IMG/VR virus record: IMGVR_UViG_3300013099_000003
Location: 1-57,585 of that record
DNA length: 57,585 nucleotides
Reading direction: 5' to 3' (one strand)
Origin: a virus
The number at the start of each line of letters is the position of its first letter. Positions within the stretch are counted from its first letter, which is position 1. The translations under genes and the position numbers were made by a program. Shown here in pieces: positions 28,539-37,320 of this stretch. Under the pieces are notes generated by a model. The model had not been told where the DNA came from. It did no database searches and worked only from the letters and a program-made list of their open reading frames with translations.

Positions 28539-30221
28539 TCAGAATATCCCTCCTGTTGGCTCAAGGTAGCCTTGGTTCATCATGTCGTAGAACACGGGGA
28601 ACTTAGCAGTGTTCCCAAAGTTCCTATCCTCCAGCAATACGAAGGTGCTGGTGTTAATCTCATCATCACTCAAGTCTGGATCTTTATTCCTCTCGATCCC
28701 CATCATATAGTAGGTGTTCTCCATCATGGCTCTAGAGCCTCGGTACTGATACGACTGCACCTTCCCTCCTCTCTCATGTGGCGGCCCTGTAGTGGGTGCT
28801 TTCAGGTGACAGGTAACAATGTAGAAGAAGCCCATGTCCTGCGCCATACAAGCCAGCTCATCTGATAGAGTCCGTAACTCATTCTCGGTTTCACTACTAT
28901 TCAGATGATTAGTCAGCTTAGTAACAGGGTCAACTATCACAGTCTCAGCACCCCATAAGGCGGCATACCTTATGAACTCCTTAGTAGTCTCCCATGTAGC
29001 CTTCCCAAACGCAGGGTACATCAGTAGATAATCTTCCATACCCTGAGAGGTTGCCGTCAAAGCAGCATCAGAGTAGGTCACACCCGGTCTGTGATAGAAT
29101 ATCCCATCGAGTTTACCGGCCACTCTCTTCACCGTCATGAAGGGTGGCTCCTCGTACTTCAGTACAGCTATCTTCTTCTTCCTACTGATATCAAATGCTA
29201 CAACCTGATTGATGAACTCAGACTTCCCTATCTTAACACCAGCACCAACGTAAATACCTTGGCCCGGATTCCTACCATATGTCTTATCGGTTAACGTATC
29301 CCATGGCCACGGCTCACCCATCGTAGGCTTAAGGAGAACCTTATCCATTACATCAGATACTCTTACGATTGTATCAGGTGTATAGATCTGGGCATCCCAG
29401 AAGGATGATACGAACTCTGTCTGCTTGCCCTCAGTGAGCATATCATTAGCATCCTTCTCCGTGAACTCAAGGAACTTAGCATTGGGCACCAAGTTTGCTA
29501 TGTCTCTAGAGACTTTCTGTCCGGCATCATCACTGTCCATGCTTATGTATACTTCCTTAAATCCTTTGAGGTAATCCGCATTACTCATCAGTGCCTTCAC
29601 GTTACTACCTAAGGGCAAACTCACACAAGCAACACGGTACTTCTCTAGCATCTGGTATGCACTCATGGCATCCAGCTCACCCTCGGTTATAAGCAACCGC
29701 TTAGCCCTAGGGAATGTCTTCTGACCAAAGAACTGTATGTCCGTACCCTTACCTGTACTCTGAGAACAGTAGAAATCCTTTGGTAACTTCCTAATCTTAT
29801 GTGCTAATACCTTATCTGTCTTACTCTCTAGTAACTCATATTGTATGGCTGTGAGTTTTCCACTACTATCCATCAGCCCTTCATACTTGAACTTCTTATA
29901 TACATCTGCTCGTATCCCTCGGTACTCTCCTACTGCCCCGATTGATGAGCTACCATCAGCCACGGCAATAGGTACACCATCAGTATCCTCAGGAGGAACT
30001 GTAGATTCTCCTGAGAGGAGAGTAACAAGTGATTGCTTACCCTCGTAAGTTTCCTCATCCGTCTCCTTCTTACCAATGAACTCATAGTATGCCTCTCCAC
30101 TCTCATGGTATTCCTCCCGCTTACAGCACCAAGACTTACCATCGGCCATTAACCAAAGGTGATCCTGCTTGCTATCATGATTATTCTTCTGGCATTCAGG
30201 ACATGCCTTAGTTAGTGCCAT
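28539..30221 (-). CDS. bifunctional primase-helicase (T7 gp4-like)
   Basis: N-terminal Zn finger CPECQ...CCK; TOPRIM ITEGELDAMS and SMDSDDAG; Walker A GAGVKIGKSEF; DnaB-type C-terminal half. Confidence 0.88.
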   Translation of the reverse strand: MALTKACPECQKNNHDSKQDHLWLMADGKSWCCKREEYHESGEAYYEFIGKKETDEETYEGKQSLVTLLSGESTVPPEDTDGVPIAVADGSSSIGAVGEYRGIRADVYKKFKYEGLMDSSGKLTAIQYELLESKTDKVLAHKIRKLPKDFYCSQSTGKGTDIQFFGQKTFPRAKRLLITEGELDAMSAYQMLEKYRVACVSLPLGSNVKALMSNADYLKGFKEVYISMDSDDAGQKVSRDIANLVPNAKFLEFTEKDANDMLTEGKQTEFVSSFWDAQIYTPDTIVRVSDVMDKVLLKPTMGEPWPWDTLTDKTYGRNPGQGIYVGAGVKIGKSEFINQVVAFDISRKKKIAVLKYEEPPFMTVKRVAGKLDGIFYHRPGVTYSDAALTATSQGMEDYLLMYPAFGKATWETTKEFIRYAALWGAETVIVDPVTKLTNHLNSSETENELRTLSDELACMAQDMGFFYIVTCHLKAPTTGPPHERGGKVQSYQYRGSRAMMENTYYMMGIERNKDPDLSDDEINTSTFVLLEDRNFGNTAKFPVFYDMMNQGYLEPTGGIF

Positions 30222-30223
30222 GC

Positions 30224-30454
30224 TTATTCTCCTATCTTGAATCTATCGAGGCAGCTCTTATCACTCTCTATCATCCATAAGAACACAAGGATAGGCCACA
30301 CTATAGGAAGGAAGAATCCCTCTGAACCACTCATGCTATATCCACTCCCTAAGGATCTGACTGTTGCCTTACATATCTGTCGGCCTACCCACCACCATCC
30401 TAAGATACAAGCTAATACTATTACCCAAGTTACCATCACTCCTCCTCGGCCCAT
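30224..30454 (-). CDS. small membrane protein, 76 aa (two TM helices)
   Basis: VTWVIVLACILGWWWVG and FFLPIVWPILVFLWMI. Confidence 0.6.
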   Translation of the reverse strand: MGRGGVMVTWVIVLACILGWWWVGRQICKATVRSLGSGYSMSGSEGFFLPIVWPILVFLWMIESDKSCLDRFKIGE

Positions 30455-30582
30455 TCATCAGCCATAAAGATATCTTCGAGGGCATCCATCTCATCATAGA
30501 TACGCCCCATCTCATCGTCCATCTCATCAACTTCCATAGCTAACTCATCATACTTCTTCCTTGCTTCATCTTCCTTACTCAT
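30436..30582 (-). CDS. acidic mini-protein, 48 aa
   Basis: Trimmed to MSKEDEARKKYDELAMEVDEMDDEM..., 8-nt overlap with the upstream stop. Confidence 0.5.
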   Translation of the reverse strand: MSKEDEARKKYDELAMEVDEMDDEMGRIYDEMDALEDIFMADEWAEEE

Positions 30583-30745
30583 TCTTCTCCTCCGTCCACT
30601 CTGATTCATGATCATCACCCATATCCCAAGGACATCTATCCGGGATATCTACTGATCGGTTATTAGTTAGCTTAACTACAAGGTAGCACTCATCCCCGGC
30701 ACAGTCCCTATAGCATCTAAAGACCTGTACCTCTTCCTTACTCAT
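30575..30745 (-). CDS. Cys-containing mini-protein, 56 aa (below the ORF-track cutoff)
   Basis: My own translation: MSKEEVQVFRCYRDCAGDECYLVVKLTNNRSVDIPDRCPWDMGDDHESEWTEEKNE. ATGA overlap with the upstream gene. Confidence 0.5.
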   Translation of the reverse strand: MSKEEVQVFRCYRDCAGDECYLVVKLTNNRSVDIPDRCPWDMGDDHESEWTEEKNE

Positions 30746-30942
30746 ATCAATTCTCCCCCTCGTTTACAATCAGGGCACACCATGTAATAGTGGGTATACT
30801 CAGGGCCTACATGAACAGGATGCTTCTTCAGTGCTACGATGGAAGTCTCTAGAGACATATCTTCCCTAGCTACCAACTCATTACAGATGAAGCAGATGGG
30901 TGTCACTCGATCTAGTATGTCCTTCTTCTTTTCCTCTCTCAT
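30742..30942 (-). CDS. zinc-ribbon protein, 66 aa
   Basis: CFICNE ... CPDCKRG. Confidence 0.6.
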   Translation of the reverse strand: MREEKKKDILDRVTPICFICNELVAREDMSLETSIVALKKHPVHVGPEYTHYYMVCPDCKRGGELI

Positions 30943-31481
30943 ATCTCTAAGATCTCCACGGTTATGGTTGTACCCTCGGAACCCTTCTTCAGTGGCCCCA
31001 GCTTAATAGCCTTGACAGCATCAACTATATTCTGAAGAGCACCATGCTCAGGCGGGAAGAACCCTGCCATATCCATAGTCCGGGCATCCAGTGCCTCAAT
31101 AAGATTCTTCCGGTACTTCTTCTTCATACATGGTGCCTTCCGCCAGATAGTCTCATGGATATACACAGCTACGAACCCATCATCCCTCTTAGCTATAGCG
31201 AAAGGATGTTCTCTATCCAAGTTCCGATAGACCTCAGTGTATGAGACCATAGTCTTACATGGTGCTACAAAGGTGTACGTATTATCCTTTACTTCCTTCA
31301 GGTCATGCTTCTCTCCCGGTAGTAAGGCATAATACTCTGGATTGTACCACCCAGAATGGCCTACCAGTTGTACTCTCTCATCGTCAGCCTGCTCTACTAC
31401 AGTATGATAAGTACCTATCTTATGAGAACCACAATCTACTACCGTCCTCACTACTAGATCACCCTTCTTAAATCTAGGCAT
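30939..31481 (-). CDS. hypothetical protein, 180 aa
   Basis: ORF track; 4-nt overlap with the downstream gene. Confidence 0.65.
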   Translation of the reverse strand: MPRFKKGDLVVRTVVDCGSHKIGTYHTVVEQADDERVQLVGHSGWYNPEYYALLPGEKHDLKEVKDNTYTFVAPCKTMVSYTEVYRNLDREHPFAIAKRDDGFVAVYIHETIWRKAPCMKKKYRKNLIEALDARTMDMAGFFPPEHGALQNIVDAVKAIKLGPLKKGSEGTTITVEILEI

Positions 31482-31731
31482 CTTCTATCACCTCCTCAAT
31501 ATAAAAGGCAAAGAAGTGATTGCTCTTGGCATAACTATCCCGGACATCAGTGAAGAAGTTCTCCATGTACTCAAGGTCTACGTGACCATCCAGAATCTCA
31601 TCAATCTCAAGGATTACAGTAAGTTCATTACCATTCCACTTTGTAATCTTCTCCATGAAGGCAAGGTTAACACTTTCTAATTCTTCCAAGGGTTTCTTGT
31701 CACCTGTTAGTACTGCTAAATACTTACTCAT
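31474..31731 (-). CDS. hypothetical acidic protein, 85 aa
   Basis: ORF track. Confidence 0.6.
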   Translation of the reverse strand: MSKYLAVLTGDKKPLEELESVNLAFMEKITKWNGNELTVILEIDEILDGHVDLEYMENFFTDVRDSYAKSNHFFAFYIEEVIEDA

Positions 31732-32917
31732 AGTTTCTCTCCGTACAGTTTGTAATGTGCCGGGGTAATCCCCTCTTCGTGTATTCTCTGAACTCTAATG
31801 TCCAGAGGGTTCCTATGTATTTCTCAGGCTTATAGTAGTACCTCTCCCAGATCTGTGCTCTCTCTTCCTTACTCTTGTTAGGTACATAGAGGAAGGTATC
31901 ACCTACCTTATCACAAGTGAACTCGAACTTAGCAAGAGAGCCATACTTATCATCCTGATCTGATACCATAGCAGATAAACGGTACTCATTATGGATAATG
32001 TCCTTGACCTTCAGGATACCATAGCTCCTGCTATCCCACTCATAAGGACAATCCAAGGCATGTACTACGGCACCATCCATACCATCCATCTCCTTCAGGA
32101 TAGCAAAGGAATCTAGTACCTGCTCAGCACTCTGCACTACAGCCATAGGTGATACCTTCAGGTACTTATAGTTACCCTCATTAATCTTCCGGATAACAGG
32201 GGCCATCCTCTCAGCATAGTTATCTTCCTCACAGGGATGCTCGAAGATGTAGAAGTATACCTTACCACGCCCTGCCTTGACTGCTGAGACTATATCCTCC
32301 AGCTCCATCATGTCATTCCACAATTCACCATGGACATCCAAGCCTAACTGCCTCAATTCCCTCTGGATGTACTCCAGCTTCTCAAAGGGATTCCTCTTCC
32401 GGCTCATCAGGATATCCTTAGCCTCTAGGTATACACCACAGATACCATTCATCTTACCCATGATGATGGCCGGGTAACTCATCTTCTCTTGATGAAGATC
32501 CCAATGGTGTAGCAGCATGGGCTCCCTAAGAGGCTGATCCTTAGAGTCTCTAGAGACAGCCCAACCATCCCTCTCTTTCTTCTTCGTCCACTTCGAGAGG
32601 ATTCTCTCCTGCATTACCGTAGAGAATGCCTTAGAGTTCATCATCTTCAAGGGAGTACGGTACATACGAGGGCTACCTGCTCCCTCCATCATCTCAATGG
32701 CTGAACATAAGATAGCCCCATCACCTACCTCTAGCCAGAATAACATCTTCTGCCACTGTCCCTTCTTGTTCTGCTTATACAGGGGCGGACAACTTGGTGT
32801 CTCTAGAGCCACGGTGCTGTCCCCCTCTATCCGGAAGGAACAGTTACAGAACTCAAGAGTATCCTCACTCTCGGTCTCCACTGCTCCTATACTCTTACCA
32901 TTCCATATGAAATCCAT
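31724..32917 (-). CDS. ATP-dependent DNA ligase-like nucleotidyltransferase
   Basis: GKMNGI (motif I with Asn replacing the usual Asp of KxDG), HGELW (motif III), DGAVVHA (motif IV), GILKVKD (motif V). Start at ATG 32917 with SD gggagg. Confidence 0.55.
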   Translation of the reverse strand: MDFIWNGKSIGAVETESEDTLEFCNCSFRIEGDSTVALETPSCPPLYKQNKKGQWQKMLFWLEVGDGAILCSAIEMMEGAGSPRMYRTPLKMMNSKAFSTVMQERILSKWTKKKERDGWAVSRDSKDQPLREPMLLHHWDLHQEKMSYPAIIMGKMNGICGVYLEAKDILMSRKRNPFEKLEYIQRELRQLGLDVHGELWNDMMELEDIVSAVKAGRGKVYFYIFEHPCEEDNYAERMAPVIRKINEGNYKYLKVSPMAVVQSAEQVLDSFAILKEMDGMDGAVVHALDCPYEWDSRSYGILKVKDIIHNEYRLSAMVSDQDDKYGSLAKFEFTCDKVGDTFLYVPNKSKEERAQIWERYYYKPEKYIGTLWTLEFREYTKRGLPRHITNCTERNYE

Positions 32918-33102
32918 CAGTCGTCCTCCCATATCACATGGTGAGGAATGAAGACTGCCTGATAGTCCTCACCACAACCATCACACATCATCAGGAAATA
33001 AGCTGAGTCATTATCAGGGTCAGCCTGTGAATCATTCCAGTAGGTGTCCTCACTACCACACCGAGGACAGGTCTGGATCTCTTTAGTTATCTTCTCTTTC
33101 AT
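32917..33102 (-). CDS. zinc-ribbon protein, 61 aa
   Basis: CPRCGS ... CDGCGE. Confidence 0.6.
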   Translation of the reverse strand: MKEKITKEIQTCPRCGSEDTYWNDSQADPDNDSAYFLMMCDGCGEDYQAVFIPHHVIWEDD

Positions 33103-33110
33103 TGTGCCTC

Positions 33111-34274
33111 CTATATACAGCTGTTGATGAATCCATTGGCAGTCTTCAGCTCAATGTCATCACTCAGCTTATTAACATAAGCCATCTTCAGTGCCTTGTC
33201 AAGAGGGACATTCTTCCCTAATAACTCACAGGCTACCATCACACCCCTCGGACTCATCGTTAAGCTCAGCTCTCCACCAGAGAGGAAGGAATTACGGACA
33301 AGGTTGGCCATACTTACTACCTTACTGATTACCTTCTTATCAAGTGAAGGGAATCTCTTAACAAACATAGCTATCTCCTCTCTCTTAGGGAGATAAGGGA
33401 CATCAGTAGTGATACCCCATCTATCCAGAGTGGAAGTATCCTGCATCTGACCAGCACCATACTTATCCAGATCATCACCAGTACCCTTGGTATTATCTGT
33501 ACCAATGATCCGGAACTCCTTGCGAGGATAGATGTGCTTATCCTTAATGGTCCCCGGCTTCTCATCCAGCATGAGGAACCCATCCTTCTCATATAGGCTC
33601 TGTAAAGCCATCTGAATTCCCGGAGGTAACTTGAAGACCTCATCGATACATGTGAGGTATCCATTAGCTACAGCCTGAGGCATCAGGCCATCCTGCCAGA
33701 TCATACCTTCCTTAGTTGCCCAAGGATATCCGAGGAAGGATGCTGGTTCAATACCATCCTTCCCGTTGAATCTTGCGAAGGGCTGACGTAACCATGCTGC
33801 TAATTGCTTAGCGCATGAAGACTTCCCTGTACCTGGAGGACCAGTACCTAGCCAATTCTCATTGAGGCTATAGGCCAACCAGATATCCTCCAGTACATCA
33901 GCATCCCAGAAGAAGAAGGGATCTACCTCAGGGATATCCTCATCAAACTCAGGGTCCCATGTCCCTACAGGGTACTGGAACATCACATGATTTACGCCAC
34001 TCTTCGGCAGCCTACCCTCTGTCATGTCAGTAAAGAGAAACTGATCAGTCGTAAGGGAATCCTTCAGCTTCCTGGCTTCATCCTTCTTCTTATCCACCTC
34101 AGCCTTCAGCAAGGCTGCAGCATTCTTCCGCTTAGCCTCATCAGCTTCCTTATCCAGTGTACTTTGGAACCCTGCATTACTTCCAGAGATAAACTCAAGA
34201 GCTGACGACTCAGCAGTGGAGAGTCCTTTGGAATTACTTCCCTTGATTGCTGCGATTAACTTACTGTTATCCAT
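33111..34274 (-). CDS. cobS: CobS-like / MoxR-type AAA+ ATPase
   Basis: Walker A GPPGTGKSSCAKQLA, Walker B CIDEV, size about 390 aa, directly upstream of a CobT-like VWA protein. Confidence 0.7.
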   Translation of the reverse strand: MDNSKLIAAIKGSNSKGLSTAESSALEFISGSNAGFQSTLDKEADEAKRKNAAALLKAEVDKKKDEARKLKDSLTTDQFLFTDMTEGRLPKSGVNHVMFQYPVGTWDPEFDEDIPEVDPFFFWDADVLEDIWLAYSLNENWLGTGPPGTGKSSCAKQLAAWLRQPFARFNGKDGIEPASFLGYPWATKEGMIWQDGLMPQAVANGYLTCIDEVFKLPPGIQMALQSLYEKDGFLMLDEKPGTIKDKHIYPRKEFRIIGTDNTKGTGDDLDKYGAGQMQDTSTLDRWGITTDVPYLPKREEIAMFVKRFPSLDKKVISKVVSMANLVRNSFLSGGELSLTMSPRGVMVACELLGKNVPLDKALKMAYVNKLSDDIELKTANGFINSCI

Positions 34275-34283
34275 TGTACTCTC

Positions 34284-36200
34284 CTACTTCAGAATGTTCT
34301 TCTTCAGGAGACCCAGCAGGACTCCCTCCAATTCGGTCAGCTCATTGATGACCTTTGACTCACTATAATAATGAGTGATGTTGTGGGTCTGTATGCCTAC
34401 CCCAATGATATGCATCAGGCCACTATCTTCTATACTCTTCACGGTATCTACGAGGAACTGTTCATCATCTCCTCTGCCATATGCTGGGTTCCCATCACTC
34501 AGCACGATCAGTATCTTATTCTTCTCGGGTCTCCTTGCGAGAACCTGAGCAGCGGCAGTGACTGCCTCACCATCTGCATTGCATCCCATATAAATCTTAC
34601 CGTTACCATATCTATCAATCAGCTTGTCTCTAGAGACATACCGTTCCTCAAAGTGTTTCATGATGTAATGAGCACGGCCACGGCCCCCTGTGCTGAACTG
34701 CATCATGCTATGTGGTATCTTTAAGGTCTGCATGACCTCACTCATGGCTATCTGGCAGCTGGCTGAAGTATAGTACCTCTCATTGCTCATGCTACCAGAG
34801 ACATCACCCAGCATAAAGAGTGCAGTATCCTGTTCAATCTTAGCGGTTAACCTCTGCTTAAAGATACGGGGCTGGTTGTGTCCCGCATAGATACGGCTGA
34901 CTGACTTGGAGCAGAGCTTACCTCTCTTCATACCATACTGATACCCTATTTGGGATACTGATATGAGATACTTCTTCACCTTCTTACTGAGAGTGAAGGT
35001 TCCTAAGGTTTTCTTGATACCCTCACCATAGGCACAGTTATTAACCTGCCACTTAGTTACATCGAACTCCTCCAGATCATTACTCCTTGGTTGGTATGGA
35101 GTCCGGGGCTCTCTTGCAGATAGCTCTGTGGTACTCTCAATGGGCTTCTGAGTGAGGCCCATATTCTCCAGCATAGTACCACCTTGGCCAGCACCTACAC
35201 TATTATCTGGTGTGCCAGCAGCCGACTGTTGGTCTCCATCGTCTCCCTCAGGGTTATCACTGCGTTGTTCCTCTCCTGTGTCATCGTCTTCACCTTCCAC
35301 TTCAGGGTCTCGTTGACTCTCAGGAGATTGTCCCTCTCCGTCTTCACTATCTTCAGTATCCTCAGGAGATCCTTCTCCTTCTCCTTGTTGTTCTTCATCC
35401 TCAGATTCGGGGGAGCTGTCTTCACCTGATTGGCCACTGCCTCCATCATCTCCTTCTCCAGCCTCATTATCGTCTTGGCTTGAGTCATCAGTGCTTCCCG
35501 GATCTCCTTCTCCTCCACCTCCAGATCCTCCACCCTTCCCGTCAGATCCATCAGATCCATCTCCATCGTCGCCTTCTCCATCTCCTTCCTCCGGTGGTGG
35601 TGGAGGCTCATGCTCCACCCTATGTAGTAAAGTTCTTAGGTCATCCTCTGTCTCTAGAGACAACCACTCTTCATCAATGAACTGGAGCCGACGTACCTCC
35701 TCCTCCAGTTCATCAGGACATTCACAGTGCTCGTAGCCCTGCCATTCATTCCTCATCTCATTGCCTATGAACATCATAGCAGCAAGAGTAGGATTAACCT
35801 TAGTCATCTCATCCACGATATGAGGCACTCCACCAGCAGCCTGTACTGTACGGCTATATGAGTCCGAGAGTATCCTATCTCTTCCCTCATATTCTCCGTG
35901 CATATGGTACTCAGTCCTCTGAGCTTGGATGAAGTCCTTCGCCACTGCCTGAAGGCTATCAGGTTCTAGCTCTACCTTATGGAAGAAGGACATATCCTTA
36001 GTCTGCTTACTGATCTCCTGATGGAGTGAACCCATGTACTCATCATGATTGTAGATACTCGGGACTCCGATGTGGATATTCCCTCGCTTATCACTGATAG
36101 GTGTGGAAGCTCCTTCTGACTGCTTAACAGTGATGCCTTCTGATCTGGCCACAGCCTTAGCGAACTTGGTACTCTCTTCGATCCCGAATATATCCGTCAT
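34284..36200 (-). CDS. cobT: CobT-like protein with central poly-acidic tract and C-terminal VWA domain
   Basis: Long D/E/G/S tract (about 35200-35600) and MIDAS-like GDVSGSM in the C-terminal domain. Confidence 0.65.
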   Translation of the reverse strand: MTDIFGIEESTKFAKAVARSEGITVKQSEGASTPISDKRGNIHIGVPSIYNHDEYMGSLHQEISKQTKDMSFFHKVELEPDSLQAVAKDFIQAQRTEYHMHGEYEGRDRILSDSYSRTVQAAGGVPHIVDEMTKVNPTLAAMMFIGNEMRNEWQGYEHCECPDELEEEVRRLQFIDEEWLSLETEDDLRTLLHRVEHEPPPPPEEGDGEGDDGDGSDGSDGKGGGSGGGGEGDPGSTDDSSQDDNEAGEGDDGGSGQSGEDSSPESEDEEQQGEGEGSPEDTEDSEDGEGQSPESQRDPEVEGEDDDTGEEQRSDNPEGDDGDQQSAAGTPDNSVGAGQGGTMLENMGLTQKPIESTTELSAREPRTPYQPRSNDLEEFDVTKWQVNNCAYGEGIKKTLGTFTLSKKVKKYLISVSQIGYQYGMKRGKLCSKSVSRIYAGHNQPRIFKQRLTAKIEQDTALFMLGDVSGSMSNERYYTSASCQIAMSEVMQTLKIPHSMMQFSTGGRGRAHYIMKHFEERYVSRDKLIDRYGNGKIYMGCNADGEAVTAAAQVLARRPEKNKILIVLSDGNPAYGRGDDEQFLVDTVKSIEDSGLMHIIGVGIQTHNITHYYSESKVINELTELEGVLLGLLKKNILK

Positions 36201-36203
36201 GAT

Positions 36204-36383
36204 CTACCCCCTTTCTACAGGTTTCCCGTTGTCATCCTCATACCAGTGGAAGAGGTGGCAGTGAGGGCAAGGTACGTTGTACTGTTTGTCCTCTGGATAC
36301 TTAAAGGAATCACTATCAGGCCATCCATCTCCATTCCACTTGGTCCTTGCATTACAATCACATACTACTCTATGCTCATCCAT
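36204..36383 (-). CDS. Cys/His-rich mini-protein, 59 aa (below the ORF-track cutoff)
   Basis: My own translation: MDEHRVVCDCNARTKWNGDGWPDSDSFKYPEDKQYNVPCPHCHLFHWYEDDNGKPVERG. TAATG overlap with the upstream gene. Confidence 0.55.
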   Translation of the reverse strand: MDEHRVVCDCNARTKWNGDGWPDSDSFKYPEDKQYNVPCPHCHLFHWYEDDNGKPVERG

Positions 36384-36562
36384 TACTTTCTCCTCATTGA
36401 TACGAGGGGACTTCCGAAGACTGCATTAACAATCTTATTGACTCCAAAGGCTACCCATATGAGTCCACCAAGAGTCAGGATTACCTGAATTGGCATGAGG
36501 TAGAACCCAACTGACATACATACGATGCCCAGCAGTACACTCTTAATGAATTGTCTGTCCAC
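36383..36562 (-). CDS. small two-TM membrane protein, about 59 aa, probable GTG start
   Basis: SD gggagg lies 6 nt before GTG 36562. The tracked longer ORF overlaps the upstream gene by 110 nt. Confidence 0.45.
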   Translation of the reverse strand: MDRQFIKSVLLGIVCMSVGFYLMPIQVILTLGGLIWVAFGVNKIVNAVFGSPLVSMRRK

Positions 36563-36794
36563 CTTCGGCCTCCCTCTCTCGGAACATCTTATCCAGTAGC
36601 ATGATTGCTCGGACTGCCATACCTTCCTCATCTGTAAGCTCCAGTCCATCCTCACTGGCTGTCTTTAAACACTTAGCTTGGAGTGTCTCTAGAGACTTAA
36701 TGGCATCCTCTGGTTTATCCTCCTTATCCTCAAGAAGCATCTCACATATCAGTGCCAGTGTTCTCTTGTTCTCTACATCGACTTCCCATTTCAT
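36543..36794 (-). CDS. hypothetical acidic protein, 83 aa
   Basis: Trimmed to MKWEVDVENK; ATGA overlap and SD ggaggag. Confidence 0.6.
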   Translation of the reverse strand: MKWEVDVENKRTLALICEMLLEDKEDKPEDAIKSLETLQAKCLKTASEDGLELTDEEGMAVRAIMLLDKMFREREAEGGQTIH

Positions 36795-37042
36795 GATTTC
36801 TCCTCCATTATTCTTCTTATGACTTCCATGATGGCCATGAGGGCAGCTTGACACTCATATGTCTCTATCTTCACGGTATCCTTACTTGCCTTCTCGATTG
36901 CTTCGGTCAATTCTACAAGAGCATCCAAGGCAGACTGGTCCTCTACTGCCTCAGTCTCAATGATCTTCAGGATTACCTTCAGAATCATCTCTTGTAGTTG
37001 TGTATTAATTGGATAATCTACTGGTTTATTTAAGCGCATCAA
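36791..37042 (-). CDS. hypothetical protein, 83 aa
   Basis: ORF track. Confidence 0.6.
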   Translation of the reverse strand: MMRLNKPVDYPINTQLQEMILKVILKIIETEAVEDQSALDALVELTEAIEKASKDTVKIETYECQAALMAIMEVIRRIMEEKS

Positions 37043-37181
37043 AGTCTCCCATTGCTAAGGCTACACAGTTCCAATAGGAAGGCTTCAGTCCCATCTTACG
37101 GAGCTTCCGCTTCAATGACCGGCCTTCCTTCACATTTAACTCCTGTCCTAAGCTATTCCTTAGGAATTTCCTCTCGTTCAT
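37026..37181 (-). CDS. basic mini-protein, 51 aa
   Basis: Trimmed to MNERKFLRNS with SD ggaggagaagg. Confidence 0.45.
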   Translation of the reverse strand: MNERKFLRNSLGQELNVKEGRSLKRKLRKMGLKPSYWNCVALAMGDFDALK

Positions 37182-37320
37182 CCTTCTCCTCCGGTAATAT
37201 TGAGCCATAGAGTACAGCACAGAAGACTACTATAGCAATTAAGAATATGGTTCCCGCTACTCCAGTTGGTATCATCCCCATAGGGCTACACATCTCACCC
37301 ATCAAGGCTATCCCTAGCAT
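37153..37320 (-). CDS. possible TM mini-protein, 55 aa
   Basis: My own translation: MLGIALMGEMCSPMGMIPTGVAGTIFLIAIVVFCAVLYGSILPEEKDEREEIPKE. Confidence 0.4.
   Translation of the reverse strand: MLGIALMGEMCSPMGMIPTGVAGTIFLIAIVVFCAVLYGSILPEEKDEREEIPKE

Noticed and set aside
35184-35736. Four overlapping ORFs (35184..35429+, 35195..35611-, 35210..35680+, 35491..35736+) inside the CobT-like gene
   Set aside because: All fall in the poly-acidic GA-rich low-complexity tract, which is open in several frames by composition alone. The CobT-like frame is the only one continuous with flanking conserved domains.
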